NCBI GenBank assembly: GCA_951406725.2
Contig: OX597816.1
Span: forward strand, 143,096,001 to 143,160,000
Direction of reading: 5' to 3'
Length of the DNA stretch: 64,000 nt
Source: Octopus vulgaris
Lineage: Eukaryota
The notes under the pieces are model-generated. The model searched no databases and was not told the origin of the DNA. It saw only the letters and a program-made list of their open reading frames with translations. Positions 1-13,458 of the stretch are shown here, one piece after another (position 1 is the stretch's first letter; each line of letters begins with the position of its first letter). A program made the translations under genes and the position numbers.

Positions 1-719
1 ATGAAAGATTATTAAACAAAGTAAAAATTATTTTTATTAATCAAAATTTCTCTATCTTCACAATTTATTTTAATATATGCAGGACAAGCAATAGGATATA
101 TCATAAACAAAATTAATTATGGGAAAAAAAATCCAGAAGAAATATATTCATACACAGAATTACAAAGCCACTCTATTTAAGTGATAGTAGCATGAAATAT
201 GTTCCAATACCACATATAAAAAGAAAATGTTTGCTTCTGTTTTCAATCATTAATTATATATTGGTCAAATATTTCTTCTGAATATGTAATAAAATAGGAC
301 AAGATGTATACTAAATGCTACTAGTTTTTTTTTTTTTTTTTTATGGAGTGGGTAGGAATCCAGAATAATTTTCTGCTACATACATACAGTTAGGAGGTTT
401 TGTACATGTAATAAATAATTTACAGATAGGACCTTACCAGATGAAATCTTGATCCTGTTTCAGCTTATGGTTGAAATGGCTTAAGAAAAGATATCATCAC
501 AATTTATAATTTTCTTGCCCCCAAAATTTTGATCTTCCTGTTCAGCTAAGAAACAGGAATATTTTAATATTATATATATTTCAGTTTCAGCTTTGCTCTT
601 GCTGAAATTTCTCCATTCCTACCATAAGCACTACCATTATAAAGTCAACACATTTTCATTTCTGATATAACATAAATAAATTCTTGATCTATTTGTCTTT
701 ATTATTACTTATTTTTATT

Positions 720-930
720 ATTGGCAGAATCACTAACGTGCTAAACAAAATGTTTAGCAGCATTTCTCATGGTTTTATGTTTGGAATTCAGATTCCACTA
801 AGATTGATTTTGCCTTTCATCCTTTCAGGCTCAATAAAATAACTGCAAACCAAGCCCTGGGATTAATGTAATTGAGTAAACCCCTCTCCCCAAATTTCGG
901 GCCTTGTGCATGTCGTAGAAAGAATTATTA
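720..930 (+). mobile_element. SINE of the same family as 52721-52920
   Basis: GATTTTGCCTTTCATCCTTTCAGG core and GGCCTTGTGC..GTAGAAAGAATTATT tail. Further decayed copies at about 1012-1145(-), 13160-13305(-), 24650-25070(-), 48345-48520(+) and 63820-63910(-). Confidence 0.7.
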
Positions 931-3900
931 CATATTTTTTGTACTTTTAATAAACTGGAACTTCGTTTCAGACTTTCTTGATCAACTGCTATATACATGG
1001 TTGCTAAATATCAATTTCTAACATTGGCACAAAGCCACAAATTTTGAGGGATGGTATAGTTTGATTAAACTGACCTCAGTAGTCAACTGATACTTTCCTT
1101 TATCAATTGGAAAAGAATGTCAGGCATAGTTAAACTCAGTAGAATTTGCTGAGTTAAATTCACCAGAAGAATCATAGCTAAATAAGGCTGCTAACATCTG
1201 CATAACACTATATTTTGTATCCTTTATATCATTGGCAAAGCAACAGTTATTAGCTGTTTATAGATTTACAATTCTCTCTTTCACTCTTTCTTTCTTAACT
1301 GTTTTGTCCTCCTCTGTTTGGCCCAGTTTTTGTTTTGGTGTAGCTACTTTTTCTTATACATACTTTGCCTGCCTTTCAGGCAAAGGAACACATTGTTGCC
1401 AATAGAAAGAACATTCCTCTTAAAATTACCATAATACATTAATTGTGATGGTTGTTTAATATCAAAATTGGTTTCATGAAAACAAGCTCTTTTAACCAGG
1501 TAATGTCATAGAGCTCAGCAAGTAGAAACAAATGTGACTACACTGATCAACTAAAGCTTTAAAAAAAATCTACCTACCTACACACACACACACACACACA
1601 CATATATACTATCAGGGTTCTAATCATGTCATGATATAGCAAACTTAATAGAGATGATGATACTGTGAAGATTTTGCTATTAGCACAGTAAGAAAGGTTA
1701 TATGCAAAGGACTTCCTTATCAAACAAGTCAAGAAACTCTGAAGCTAACTTTATAGGAAAAGAAAGTAAGATGCACCATATTACTGTGCAAGCAGGACAA
1801 TTACTCCTTTCCTCAAAAACCTGAACTCAATACATTATAATTAGCTACTTTATCTCCAGTATTATCTATGTCGCTTCAGTAACACTGTTTATTACTCCCA
1901 ATAAGTCTGTTAAACAGACAGTCTCCCCTTCCTACTTGTTTATATTATTAATTACTCTAGTACAACTTGCACACCTAATATTCTGCTTACTATAAGGATT
2001 TCAATAAATGGTATTAATTTCAATGATGAACAGGTGTAAACTTTTGCAGTTGGATTTAATCAATGATGTACAACTGTCATTTTATAAAATTTAATTTTTT
2101 TTTACTACAAAACTACACAAACATGTTACTATGTACCCGTACTAGATATTCATTTATAGCTAATCAGCTTTTAATCATCACTGTATTAACTGCCAATGTA
2201 GATAGTCATATTTTTAGGAACTGGCTCAGTTTCTTCCCCTATGATGTATTTATATGAAATGTAAGTCAAAAAAGTAAGAGTACTTACTTGGCTTCAATAT
2301 ATGTAAATGCCCTTACAGAGTTGATGGTGTTGAAGTGCAGAAATGTGATCTTTATTAACTGCCAAAAGACAATCTTAACATCTTTATCATTGATTATATA
2401 TTTCCTGTAACTGCTTGACAGAAACACACACTAAGTTAAAAAAATAGTCCAAAAAGCTTTATTACTTACTTATTCAATGTCAATCTTTATAATAAATAAG
2501 AAAAGCTGTTATTTTGTTTTACATAGGGCTTAGAAATAACTTTTAACTAGGACAAAAAAAAAACTTGGAAATTAAATCTGAAATAACTTCCTGTTAAAAT
2601 ATTATTTTAGATCAATTGTTACTAAGTTTAAACTTCTTCAAGAAGTTTCAGTTTTTCCATAGCCTATGTTAAACATCAGACACCCTAATTATTATTCTAC
2701 TTTTTTTGCACTCTGATATTATATTCCAAGCCATCACTAAAATCTATTTTCAAATGTATAATTATATAAAATACCAACAATTTTATTTTTCCTTATAGTA
2801 ATTCTATATAAATAAACAATGCTCAGTTTTAATTATTATGAAACAACTGTTTTCTTAAGTTAATGTTAGTCACTTACTAATTACAATTACTTTTTAATCA
2901 GAGGGATTAATAGAAAAATAGTAAAAGGTTGGACTCAATACTTCAGAATATTTGTTTCACCTACTCACAACTGAATTCAAATTCTGCCATCAGGAAGATC
3001 ACATAGGACCCACTACAGTGTGACATTATTTTTGAATTATCAAGAACAAAATGTTTACTATGAAGGGAATAAAATTTAGAAAGTATAAACTTATAAACCA
3101 TGACTACTGCAGAAAATTAAGTTGTTAAAGTTTTTATGATTCAGTGATAACGAAGAAGAATAATTAAGGTGCTATAATCATAATATATTTATTTCCTTTA
3201 TATATATCACAGTAGAGTAGATGATGGTAAGAAGAGCACCTTTATTGATAACACAAACATACACTGATATATAGAGATTCAGAGACAGATTATTATAATG
3301 ATTAGAGATTAGGGGTTTAAACACTTCTTAATAAAATAAGCACCAACTGTAAGCAATATAAGATCTAAAAACAAAATAAATATTCTATCAGCTATCTCAA
3401 CAATAGTTTCCTCAAACTTATTCAATAATAAACTAATTCACTTTATACAGGAGAAAAAAATAAACCACAAAAGTTTAGATGTCCATTTTTTATAAATATA
3501 TTTACTAACCTAATTACAGCAAAGATTTAACTTTACAAGCAAGTAAAGTATATCAATTAGGTACCAGTCCATTATTTAGAGAAATGCATACTATTTTACT
3601 GACTCCTACTACAAAAACAAGGAAAGTATTTCTAACATTTTATCCTCTACATATTGTCAAATAACAACAATACTTTCGATACTATTTTAACATATTTACA
3701 ATATATCATCTCATTATGAAAGTTAAAGCAAGAAAGCTGAAGCTTACTTTCAAAAGGGCTATTTTCAATTTTCAAATGAAACTTTCTCCCAATAACTTTT
3801 CTTTGTCAGAACACTGAGAGTTGTTAGACTCTATTGAGCTGTAGTTGAGATTTATCATATTCTTGATATTTGTCATCTTGCTTTTTCTATGGCTAAATCA

Positions 3901-4185
3901 TTATATATTAGAAGACATTCATACTTCACCCACACTAACTCAAGAAAGTTCTTAATTATTTCTCTTTACCCCATCTCTCTCTCATTACATATGTTATATT
4001 AGCTAACTAGTTTGTTTTTTAATCCAGTTTAATCACCTATTTAAATACCACTTTAATCTAATGATTTAATAAGTTTTGTTTGGTTTATAAATGTTTGAGG
4101 CTTTGTATACAGCCTTAAAATCCCATCTTATCCCACACATCAATCATAACACATCAGTAAAGAACATATGTTTTATCATAGAATT

Positions 4186-4280
4186 GTGTGTGTGAGTGTG
4201 TGTGTGTGTGTGTGTGCGTGTGTGTGTGTGCATGCGTGTGTGTGTGTGTGTGTATGTGTGTGTGTGCATGCGAGTGTGTA
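4186..4280. repeat. (GT)n microsatellite
   Basis: Imperfect GT dinucleotide run directly adjacent to the maT element. Confidence 0.95.
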
Positions 4281-4282
4281 TA

Positions 4283-5555
4283 TAGGATGTCCCAAAATGA
4301 AGGCAACCAACTTTATTAAATTTTACCAAAGCAAAATATTGTTGTATTTCAGGTCCGAGGTTTGCAATGCAATGGTGAAGGAAACACAATTACAACATTA
4401 CCACATTTATTCAATATGACCACCTCTGTTTTGAATCACAGCCTTAAGTCTAAGTACAAATGCTTCACATGCAGCACACAGCTGTTCTTGCAGAATCAAA
4501 GCCTATTCATGGTGCAGTTTTGCCTTCAGAGCATCAGATGAAGCATGAGGAGTGCTTGGGACCCTTATCTGCAAAATAGACCAAACAGAAAAATCCAACA
4601 GGTTGAGATCAGGGCTGCTTGAGGGCCATACATCCTTGCCTATGAACGCAGGAATGTTTTTCTGAATCCAGTGTTGTGTCTGTTTGGAGTTGTGACAAGG
4701 TGCCAAGTTCTGTTGGAGGCTCCAAAGTGTGCCTTGAAAGTGCTCATTCACTCATGGAAACAGCTCAGCTTCCAGAATGTCACTAATGTATCACTGGATG
4801 TTAATTTTAACACTCAAGAGCACAAAAATGAGGTGAGAGCTTCCAGTGGCTGTCACAGCTGCCTAGACCATAACTAACTGTGGATTTTGACATCGATTTA
4901 TGAATCTACCCTCAAAGGAGCCAGACACACTCCAAAGTTGGTCATTCTGGTGGTTTGCTCTCTGTTCAATGTCAAATTTCTTTTCATCAGTGAACTCCAG
5001 GTAAGGCAGTGTGCCTTCAGCAACCTGATGCAGGATGACTTCTCTCCAATGTCATGGCTTTATAAACTTGCATGAGCTCATGACAATGGATCATTTTGTA
5101 GGGGTGGGTCCTGGGATCCTCGTTCAGCATTCAATGCATTAATGTTTGGCTTATTTTTACTGTGGCAGCCAGTTTGCTGACAGAATGATGAGAATTTTGC
5201 CGTATCTTTTCTCTGGTACTTTTGATAAGCTAAAGGGCCTACACACTTCTTTTTTGGCCACGTCCAGGTCAATCAGCAGAGACACCAGTCTCTTGAAATT
5301 TCTTGGCAATTTTCCAGCTAATTTTAAGCTATTTTACTATAGCTGTATTTCTTTCACCTCCTTTGTGGAGGGTTATGATTGTATTTTGGTCGATAACCAT
5401 TATCTAATTTATAAATCTGTATTTATTTAGTCTAAAACAAAAAGACTAAATAAACAAAAAGCTTTTATAATGATGCATAATTTTCATATCTTATCACATT
5501 TATTGATAGTTATTAAAGCCCGAAACTTTGATTGCTTTAATTTTGGGACACCCTG
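4283..5555 (-). mobile_element. Tc1/mariner superfamily maT (DD37D) DNA transposon, full-length but decayed
   Basis: TIRs TAGGATGTCCCAAAATGAAGGCAACCAA and TTGATTGCTTTAATTTTGGGACACCCTG with TA flanks. Transposase motifs FTDEKKF, QQ(N)LAPCH and WPSSSPDLNLLD, with 37 residues between the 2nd and 3rd catalytic positions. Contains stops and frameshifts. Confidence 0.88.
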
Positions 5556-8303
5556 TATATATATAGTGTTTGTAAGCATTATTTCACACATGGGAATTCT
5601 AACATTTTTGGAAGAGGAGTAAATATTTAATACATAGAGTTATAGATCCAGCTTACAGCATTCCATCACTCAGAGTTTCTTGCCTTGGGCAGTCCTCAGA
5701 TGAGTTTGGTTGGTAGAATGGATACTTCTTTTAGCAGATGTTTATCAGTGTGATTTGAGATATTGTTGACTTCCAGTTTGTCTCACATACAGTATGGTAA
5801 ACAAGATATTAACATCCAGCAATTAGATGTTTATATTTAGCCTGGCACAAAAGTACTGCAAAAGATGGAAGAAATGAACTTGTTTTCATAATAGCTCTTA
5901 GAAATTAGCTCTGACTGTGCGTTTAAAGTATTTGTTGTTTTAATGAGGAAGAAGTACTTTTTATCAATGCAGAGACCAAAGAAATTTCAGAAGATATGCT
6001 GTACACTTTTTATCAATTTTATTACTTATATTTAAGTTGTCAATATTGTGATGTTTCAAGTACCAGATGCAGCTGAATAATGTTGTGCTGGTTCTTTTGT
6101 CTATATATCTAAATGTTGATGAGTGATTTCAGAGGAAGAGCTAGAAGTTGCCCTCACAGCATTCCATTAAAATGACCTAGGATGATGCATGCCTCCTGGG
6201 ACAGACACTGTAGCTTGATAGAACAGCAATTCAGCATAAATTAGCATAAATTGTTCAAAGGATACAACTTTTTATTTTGACAGTTTCAGTTACCTAGATT
6301 GATAGGATTAATCAGATAACTACCCATGGAATTGATTTCCAAGTTCCTGAACACATTAGGTTGTTTAGAAGTGCCTCTTACCTGTGGTGGTGGTCCCCTT
6401 ATTTGTCATGTAATTGTAGCTAACTTTACCAGTTAAATAGTTTGGAATATTTGTGTCCTGTGGAAAAACGATTCCAGACTGCAGTTAGGAAGTTCTTAGC
6501 AATATCATATAGATAAATTAGTGAAAGAAAACATTCAATAAACCAAAACAAAAATAATAAATAATTTATTAACACAAAATATATTTAATTATATTACAGT
6601 TAGAGACAAGCTACCAAAACAACACTTCCTAATTCCAAAGCTCTGTTCAACTGATATGTATATATATATATATACTTCCTCTTCAAATTTTCTCATGTGA
6701 TTATATTCACTGTGGTTCAATCAAAACTAAATCCATGTGAGGTCAGTTGGTAGAGAAATAGTTGCTCGACCTGAATTTGAAATTTTAAACAATATAAGAC
6801 AAAGATATGAGAAAAACTAATCTTGATATAATAATTTTAATCAATAACTCTATGATAATAACCATAATGAGGTAATGGTTGCGATGAAAATGATCATGGA
6901 AATATTAATTTTCAAACTTACTATTATAAAAACTGCACACATGGTTTAATTGAAAAAAACATCAACAAGTTTTCAGTGTGTCAGCAACAACAAACTAGGA
7001 CATTTAGTTTTCATTTGTCTTTATATCTTACTTGTTCATTTATAAGCAACAGAAGTTCTAGTAGTTTAAAAATATGATTTTTTCCTTCATATGGTATCAA
7101 AACTTATCAGCAATCCAAAGAAACAATGGGACATAATCTTATGATCTGACACCCAAGTATTTTGTTCAAATAGTCATTATACTCAATAAGTACAAGTAAT
7201 ATGCCAGGATAACTAATCAAATTAATCTGAAATAAAACAAACACGCAATCAAAAACTCTACTAAGAAGTAGAGATTAATTGAGAGAGGCATAATCTTCAG
7301 TCTGTGTACTTAAATAACATATATACACAAAGTAAAATTAAATAATTATCAACTAGGGATAAAGCTGGAATGAAGGCAATTATCTAAGGTTTTTGAAGAA
7401 ATGCTGTTAAAATTTATATTTACATTTAATAAATAATAATGATTGTACATAAATTTTATAACAATTATCCTTTCTTAACAATCCTCAATGATATTCATTT
7501 ATTTATTTAAATCCTCTTTTTCAAAAAGATATAGATTAAACAACTCTATAATTTTAGATATTCATGTAAGATCTTGGTGCAATTACTTAGCTGACTTACA
7601 ACTAAGTGAGAATGGTACAACCTCTTTCAATATATGTATATATATGGCTTAACAACATTCTAACCCATCAAACACTATGTTTCTTTTTATAGTTAAGAAA
7701 GAAGAAGAAAAAAAGAAGTTAATTCTTTCTGAATCCCAATAATCTATAGGGCCAGTGTTCAATTCCAATTTCAATAACATTAAGCATATGTGAGATAAAT
7801 CTCCCCATGATAAGAAACAAGTCTATCACAGATAGCTTTTTCTTGAAGAAGGAATGAAATTGACTATTGTATTTCAATGAAATGAATTCCACAATGTTGC
7901 CAGTACTTAAAGAAATTACAACTGTTTGCATTACTTACATAGATTTCAAAATTTGGGTTCAGCAATTCTAACTGCATTGACAGAATATAACATCAGTACC
8001 AGAATACAAACATTAATCCATCTGCTGGTCATCCATGGCATTATCAAAGGAGCTATGATTAAACCATTATATGGCAATAATTTTAGCCACAGCTTTATAC
8101 TTGACACATTAGTTGCTTTGCAATAGACCTTATCTTTTAAATAGTTCCAATAAGTTCATTAAAATATGCGAAAGTTTAACTCATTTAACAATACCAGAAT
8201 CCAGTTTACAGGTTAATATCTCATAACATTCAATATACATACTTTACAAAATAATATTTCATAAAATCTTATATAATAAAGCTTAAAGAGAATAAACACT
8301 TAC

Positions 8304-8333
8304 CAAAGATCTTCTTTAAAATATATTCCACAT
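8304..8333 (-). CDS. 30-nt microexon following WSC domain 2 (HVEYILKKIFG), phase 1-1
   Basis: Strong acceptor ttttcttctttacacAG and donor G|gtaagt. It is in frame with the 13331 exon (C+AT=His). Confidence 0.6.
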
Positions 8334-8890
8334 CTGTGTAAAGAAGAAAATACATGGTAAGTACATGTGTATAGGTTATTTCATATTTTGGTTTTATCAT
8401 AACTATTTTGTCTTACTGACAATTGTTGCATGTTTCTTTACCCAACACATAATATGCAGCAGTTATTAGAATAAAATCATCACAATTTAGTTTTAAAAAG
8501 TTCATCTATGTTTATCATTTACTATATACATTTCTATTCTCATCCCTACTGTCAGTCATTCTCCTTTCACATTCTTGCAACCTTATCTACCCACACAGCA
8601 ATCCTCAATTCTTTGTCCCTACTCTCTCTTTATCTCTCTTCTTGTATTTTGAGGGTATGAGAACACTTCATTTCCACTATCGTTTCTCCTTTTCCTGCTG
8701 GGTAGCCATGTATCTCCTCTACAGCAAGACATCTGTTCCAGCTACCTATCATGCTTTATATTCTCAACACCTGGCACAAAGCCACCTCTCTTAATTCACC
8801 CCCATTTCATCAAAGGATCTTCTCTTGAAAGTTATTTGATAATCTCACTTGTGACTGTGCCACAAAAAAATTTTTTTTAATAATGCATCC

Positions 8891-9189
8891 TGTAAAGTGG
8901 TTGGTGTTAGGAAGGACATTCATTCACAGAAATCTTGCTAAAACAGACAATGGAGTCCAATGCAGTCCTCTAGCTAGTCAGATCCTATTGAGCCATCCAG
9001 CCAATGTTAACATGAAATATGGGCATTTGATAATGATGATGATTGTCATCATTATCATCCATCTTCCATGCTAGCATGAGTGGGACAGTTTGATGGGAGC
9101 TAGTAAGCCAAAGGATTGCACCAAGTTCCACTGTCTATTTTGGCATGCTTTTTACAGCTGGATGCCCTTCCTAACACCAACCACTTTAC
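8891..9189. repeat. Tail-to-tail inverted pair of RTE-related tail elements
   Basis: GTAAAGTGGTTGGTGTTAGGAAGG (from 8891) pairs with CCTTCCTAACACCAACCACTTTAC (to 9189). The (GAT)n/(CAT)n tails meet at about 9045. Confidence 0.8.
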
Positions 9190-11992
9190 TTGGTGAACTC
9201 TTTACTAATTTGACAAAACTGAAAATGACCTAATAAGGTAATTTCCATTCCACTTAAAACACCTTAAAACAGATAACCAGATAGCAACCTCAGATTTAAT
9301 ATCAAATATCAATTATTTAAATTGTAATCTACCATACACGATAGCTAGATTGATTCACATTAATATCAAACCAGCAAACCAATAGCAAAGCTTCTACATG
9401 GTCACTCAACCTGCTAGATAGAGTAGCAAACTTTCCTCAAACCACAACGTACCATCTCAAAAAAAGAAAAAGAAAAGAGACACAAGATAATGTAGTTTTT
9501 TTTTTATTACATTATCCTGTGAATCTTTTAGGAGTATCCAAGATATCCCTAAAAAGATGGAATGGACACTCCTGAAACAGTTTTGATTAAAGTACTACTT
9601 GGTCAGAGCTAAAGTACTGCTTGATCAGACTCAGTGTTGAACAATGACAACCAATACTAACCAGTGTAACAACAGTAACATGGAATTCAAGAGACTAAAG
9701 GAAAATTTAATCAAGTATTTCTTTTAAAAAATTATAGAAATAGATTAAAATTGGAGTTACTATTAGGAATGACATCCAGTGTAAACTTGCATTCTAGTTA
9801 AATAACTACTATTACAACATTCATTCAAGTGATGGATTCACAGTGATATCCAAGTAACTGATCTTAGTTATTAAAAGCACAATCCTCACCCCTCAGATGT
9901 TTTATGAAATGATGATGACAATATTAATAGTTATAAAAAATATTTTTAAGAACTATTCAACTGAGATAATCATTCTAAATAGACACATCACATTTATAAT
10001 TTAGCTCAGCATGGAATAAGATAAGCTAATAAAAATTCATGAAGCTGTTACAAGAAATACAACAAAAGAAAGACTCAGTGAAGTGGAAAATTTTAATGGG
10101 ATACATGAATGAACAGATCAGCTTGAATCAAGGCAAAGATATATGTATAAGAAAACATTTGAACTTGAGCTGATATAATATTAAGGTGTGTTTGCAATTA
10201 TAAAACATTCAAATTTTCTAACTTTGTCAGAATAAAAAGGCAACTTTTCTTCTTTATACTTGTGACCAATATGCTGATAATGGATAAAATCTGTTTTACA
10301 GATTTTAAAATTTACATATGAAAGAAAGCACAGATCAGCACAAACATTAATGATCAAAGAAAAATTCAAATAAATAAATTTAGCTCCTTTTAAATATATA
10401 AATGGCAAGTGAAGTAAAATATATTAAAAGAGAGGAAAAATTAAAAGACAACAAACAATATATGAAGTAAAAATTTCTAAACATGAATATGGCAGGTGCT
10501 CACTGTTTGCTCTGAAAATTTAGACAAGTTACAAAATAAATCAATTGTTAAGTATCAGATTTATAGCCAATTTGGAAGAATTATTTCTTTCTCAGATAAT
10601 TTGTTAGAAACTAAAAATTGTTTGCTAATACTCTAATGTAAATTTAAGTTCAAATTTAATATTTTATCAATAATCATTAGTTGACAGATCTATACTATCT
10701 CAGAGAGAACCTTCCAGGAGGAACAGATTTTGACAGTTGGATATAAATAGTGTACTTGAGATATTTTTGTCTTGTTGAGAGGAAAACACAATCAGAAATG
10801 AAGGTGAGACATAAGAAGATTGTACACGCTAGAGGGCTTAATGTCATCCATTCACACAAAATGTATCCCTTAATTCCAATAAAGAAACAAAATAATACAG
10901 TATAATGTATTGTTATAAGTACCTGTCAAATTCTAACATAACCTCCCTTAAAATGTGACTTGTGCCAATATTGCAAAATACGGTCATTGAATTCACTTTT
11001 GCTAATCTATGGCAAATAAATTATCTTAATTCCTTCATAGGCCTTTCTTTAAATACAGTTTAACTTCATGGGTTAAAACATGGTGTGATTAGAGGGAAAT
11101 TTCACTGCTATTTCTCATTAAGAGATCGTGCAGAGGCCTTCCATCATTGGCTCAAAGTAAACCTAGTTGTTGTTCTGCACTCCCTGACCAGTTATGATTA
11201 AGCATAACTGTAATGAAAGGTATTGCAGTTGTACAATTTTGTTGTTTTGTATAAGAGGGACTCTATTGCATGATATAACATTTATTTAAGATGACAAGAT
11301 GTAATCTAAGAGAGATTTGACTGCTACTTTCAATAGGCTAAATGATATGTATAAGCTGCTTGTTGAATAAACTTGTCTCCCTGTGTCTTCCACTTTCTAT
11401 TTCATATTTTGAGCAAGGTAGTTGAACTAAGAGGCAGGCAAAGATTTTAGACTTCAGTGTTCAGTGAGGTGGTAGCCATTTGAAATGGTGAGTTTTGACT
11501 TACTAAGGGAGGTTGATGGAAGAATTTTTTAAACATATAAAATAAAAGATGGACAGGCACTTGTTAATGACATCAAAAGTTGCCTATAGGCAATGAGCTG
11601 GTTGTGGTAACATATATACATATCAGTAGCTTGCATGCAAGTCATGCACTGCATGCCTGCTTATTTTTTATATAACTCAAAAATTAATTTAAGAACTTAA
11701 TGTATTTATAACCACATTGAAAAGTTATCCAAATCAATGGAAACTGAACTACAGTAGTTACTTTGTTTCAAAGAAACACGTCCAGATTCAATATTTTGCT
11801 GTACTCCCATTCTGCTTCCTGTAGGTATGCTTAAAGAAAAACACATCTGAAATCTTTTCTACTCTCCTTCCTATCTTTCAGTAACTATCATTTCTCTCCT
11901 GCCTATCTGTAAAGTCAACGCCTGTAAGATTCTTTTTTATCTCAATAAAATAACTATGGAAGGCACAGCTTTGGCTTTCCCCTCCTTTTCTA

Positions 11993-12198
11993 TCAGTTTT
12001 TCTTTGTCAACAATTCTTTGTAATTGATGGTTGAATGGTTGAATGGGATTGACTTTTTGACCCATAAACATTCTGACCAAAACATATCAACAATCTCATA
12101 ATTCTTAGGCTCAGGGTTGCCACTGCTCTCCTTCACATCCTCTGTCTTTGCTCTGTCATAAGTTTTGAAATTATCATCATTAACTATCCTCAAAAATT
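11993..12198 (-). CDS. Candidate alternative terminal exon (QFLRIVNDDNF...ELLTKKN*), possibly transposon-derived
   Basis: Acceptor tatttctgatttcAG. The phase-1 frame stays open for 68 codons to a TGA at 11993 (track ORF 11993..12193). No recognisable domain. Confidence 0.3.
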
Positions 12199-13330
12199 CT
12201 GAAATCAGAAATATAACATAGCTAATTAATGTTTCATTGATTTACTGAAATTATTTTCCAGTTTTGTTGAAACTGATTTACAATTCACACACACACTCAC
12301 ATGTGCACTATTACTTTCATAAGATCTTTTTAGGATTTTCAAAATATTTGTCCAAATGACTGAAACATACACACAAAAATATAAACATTCACATTGAAAG
12401 ATGTGTGTGTGCGGGTGTGTGTTTATGTATAAATCATTTTGTATAAATAATTTTTCTTTTACATTCTTTCAAATTTTCTTTCATCATTAGGTAGGTGTAA
12501 TTTATATTTCTTCATCTCGCATGTTGCAATATTTCACATCTTTACTACTTCCAACAAATGAAAAGAGACGCTAGGTTTTTGCTTAGTGTTTTTAGGGTTT
12601 TTTACAATGTTGGATTTTCACTGTCTGTCATTGTATGTATAGTCTTTTAGAGTTCAATAAGTATCAGAACAGACTGCTCAAGTGAGTGTCAACTATTTTC
12701 CCAAAATTGGTGAGTAGCCTGATAAAGCAGCTGATTTGTCTTTGACAGCATAATGGTCTAAAACCATGGCCATATTATGTAACTAAATGTGATCTCAAAG
12801 TTAAATAATTTCAAAATGATTCGGTGCAACCAATAAGTATTTATTGCATGACCAATGTCAGAAGTCACTGCACACCACTGACACATATCTACACTGTAGC
12901 AGCATTATAATAAGGATTTAGAGGCAGCTGGATGGGTAATTTTAAAACATTAAACATATACTGACTATATCATCAGTATATTAATATTCATAGGTTCTCA
13001 GTCAGCAAAAACTAAAGTTGAAGGAAAGGAAACTGGTAAATACTTAACTTGCATTCTTGAACTTGTATCAGTGTCTATAATATTCAGATAATGCTGACAA
13101 TCAATTATATGTAGTTAGAGTTTGATTTGTGAAATAAAACTATACACGTAGAGTATCTAATTTAGGCACAAAGTCAATTTTTATAGGAGTTAATTTTTAT
13201 AGGAGAAGGATGTAAACACTTAAATTGACCCAGTATATTACTGACATTTATTTTATCAATACTGGAATGAATGGTAAAGTTGACCAAGCAAGAAATTTAA
13301 CTCCCTCAACAGTGTATGACCATTACTTAC

Positions 13331-13458
13331 GATATACTTGAAATCGTCCAACACCACCACAATAGTCATTATTCTCCAAAAAGCATTTTACTGAACATTT
13401 GCTATTGTCTGATTTTATCGCATAATAATACCAATGATTTCCACAATAGCATTTTATT
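13331..13458 (-). CDS. WSC domain 2, C-terminal half exon (IKCYCGNHWYYYAIKSDNSKCSVKCFLENNDYCGGVGRFQVY)
   Basis: 128-nt exon with ttttttatttAG acceptor and C|gtaagt donor, phase 2-1. It lies within track ORF 13323..13535 and has CYCG...C...C...CGG...VY. Confidence 0.92.

Noticed and set aside
4144-4419. HT/CV/YI-repeat ORFs here and at 22120, 35149, 38601, 55280 and 61255
   Set aside because: These are translations of microsatellites.
7940-7972. 33-nt minus-strand candidate microexon (gcAG...|gtaagt)
   Set aside because: It has a stop in the required phase-1 frame, and such sites occur by chance in AT-rich introns. Not excluded as a terminal exon but unsupported.
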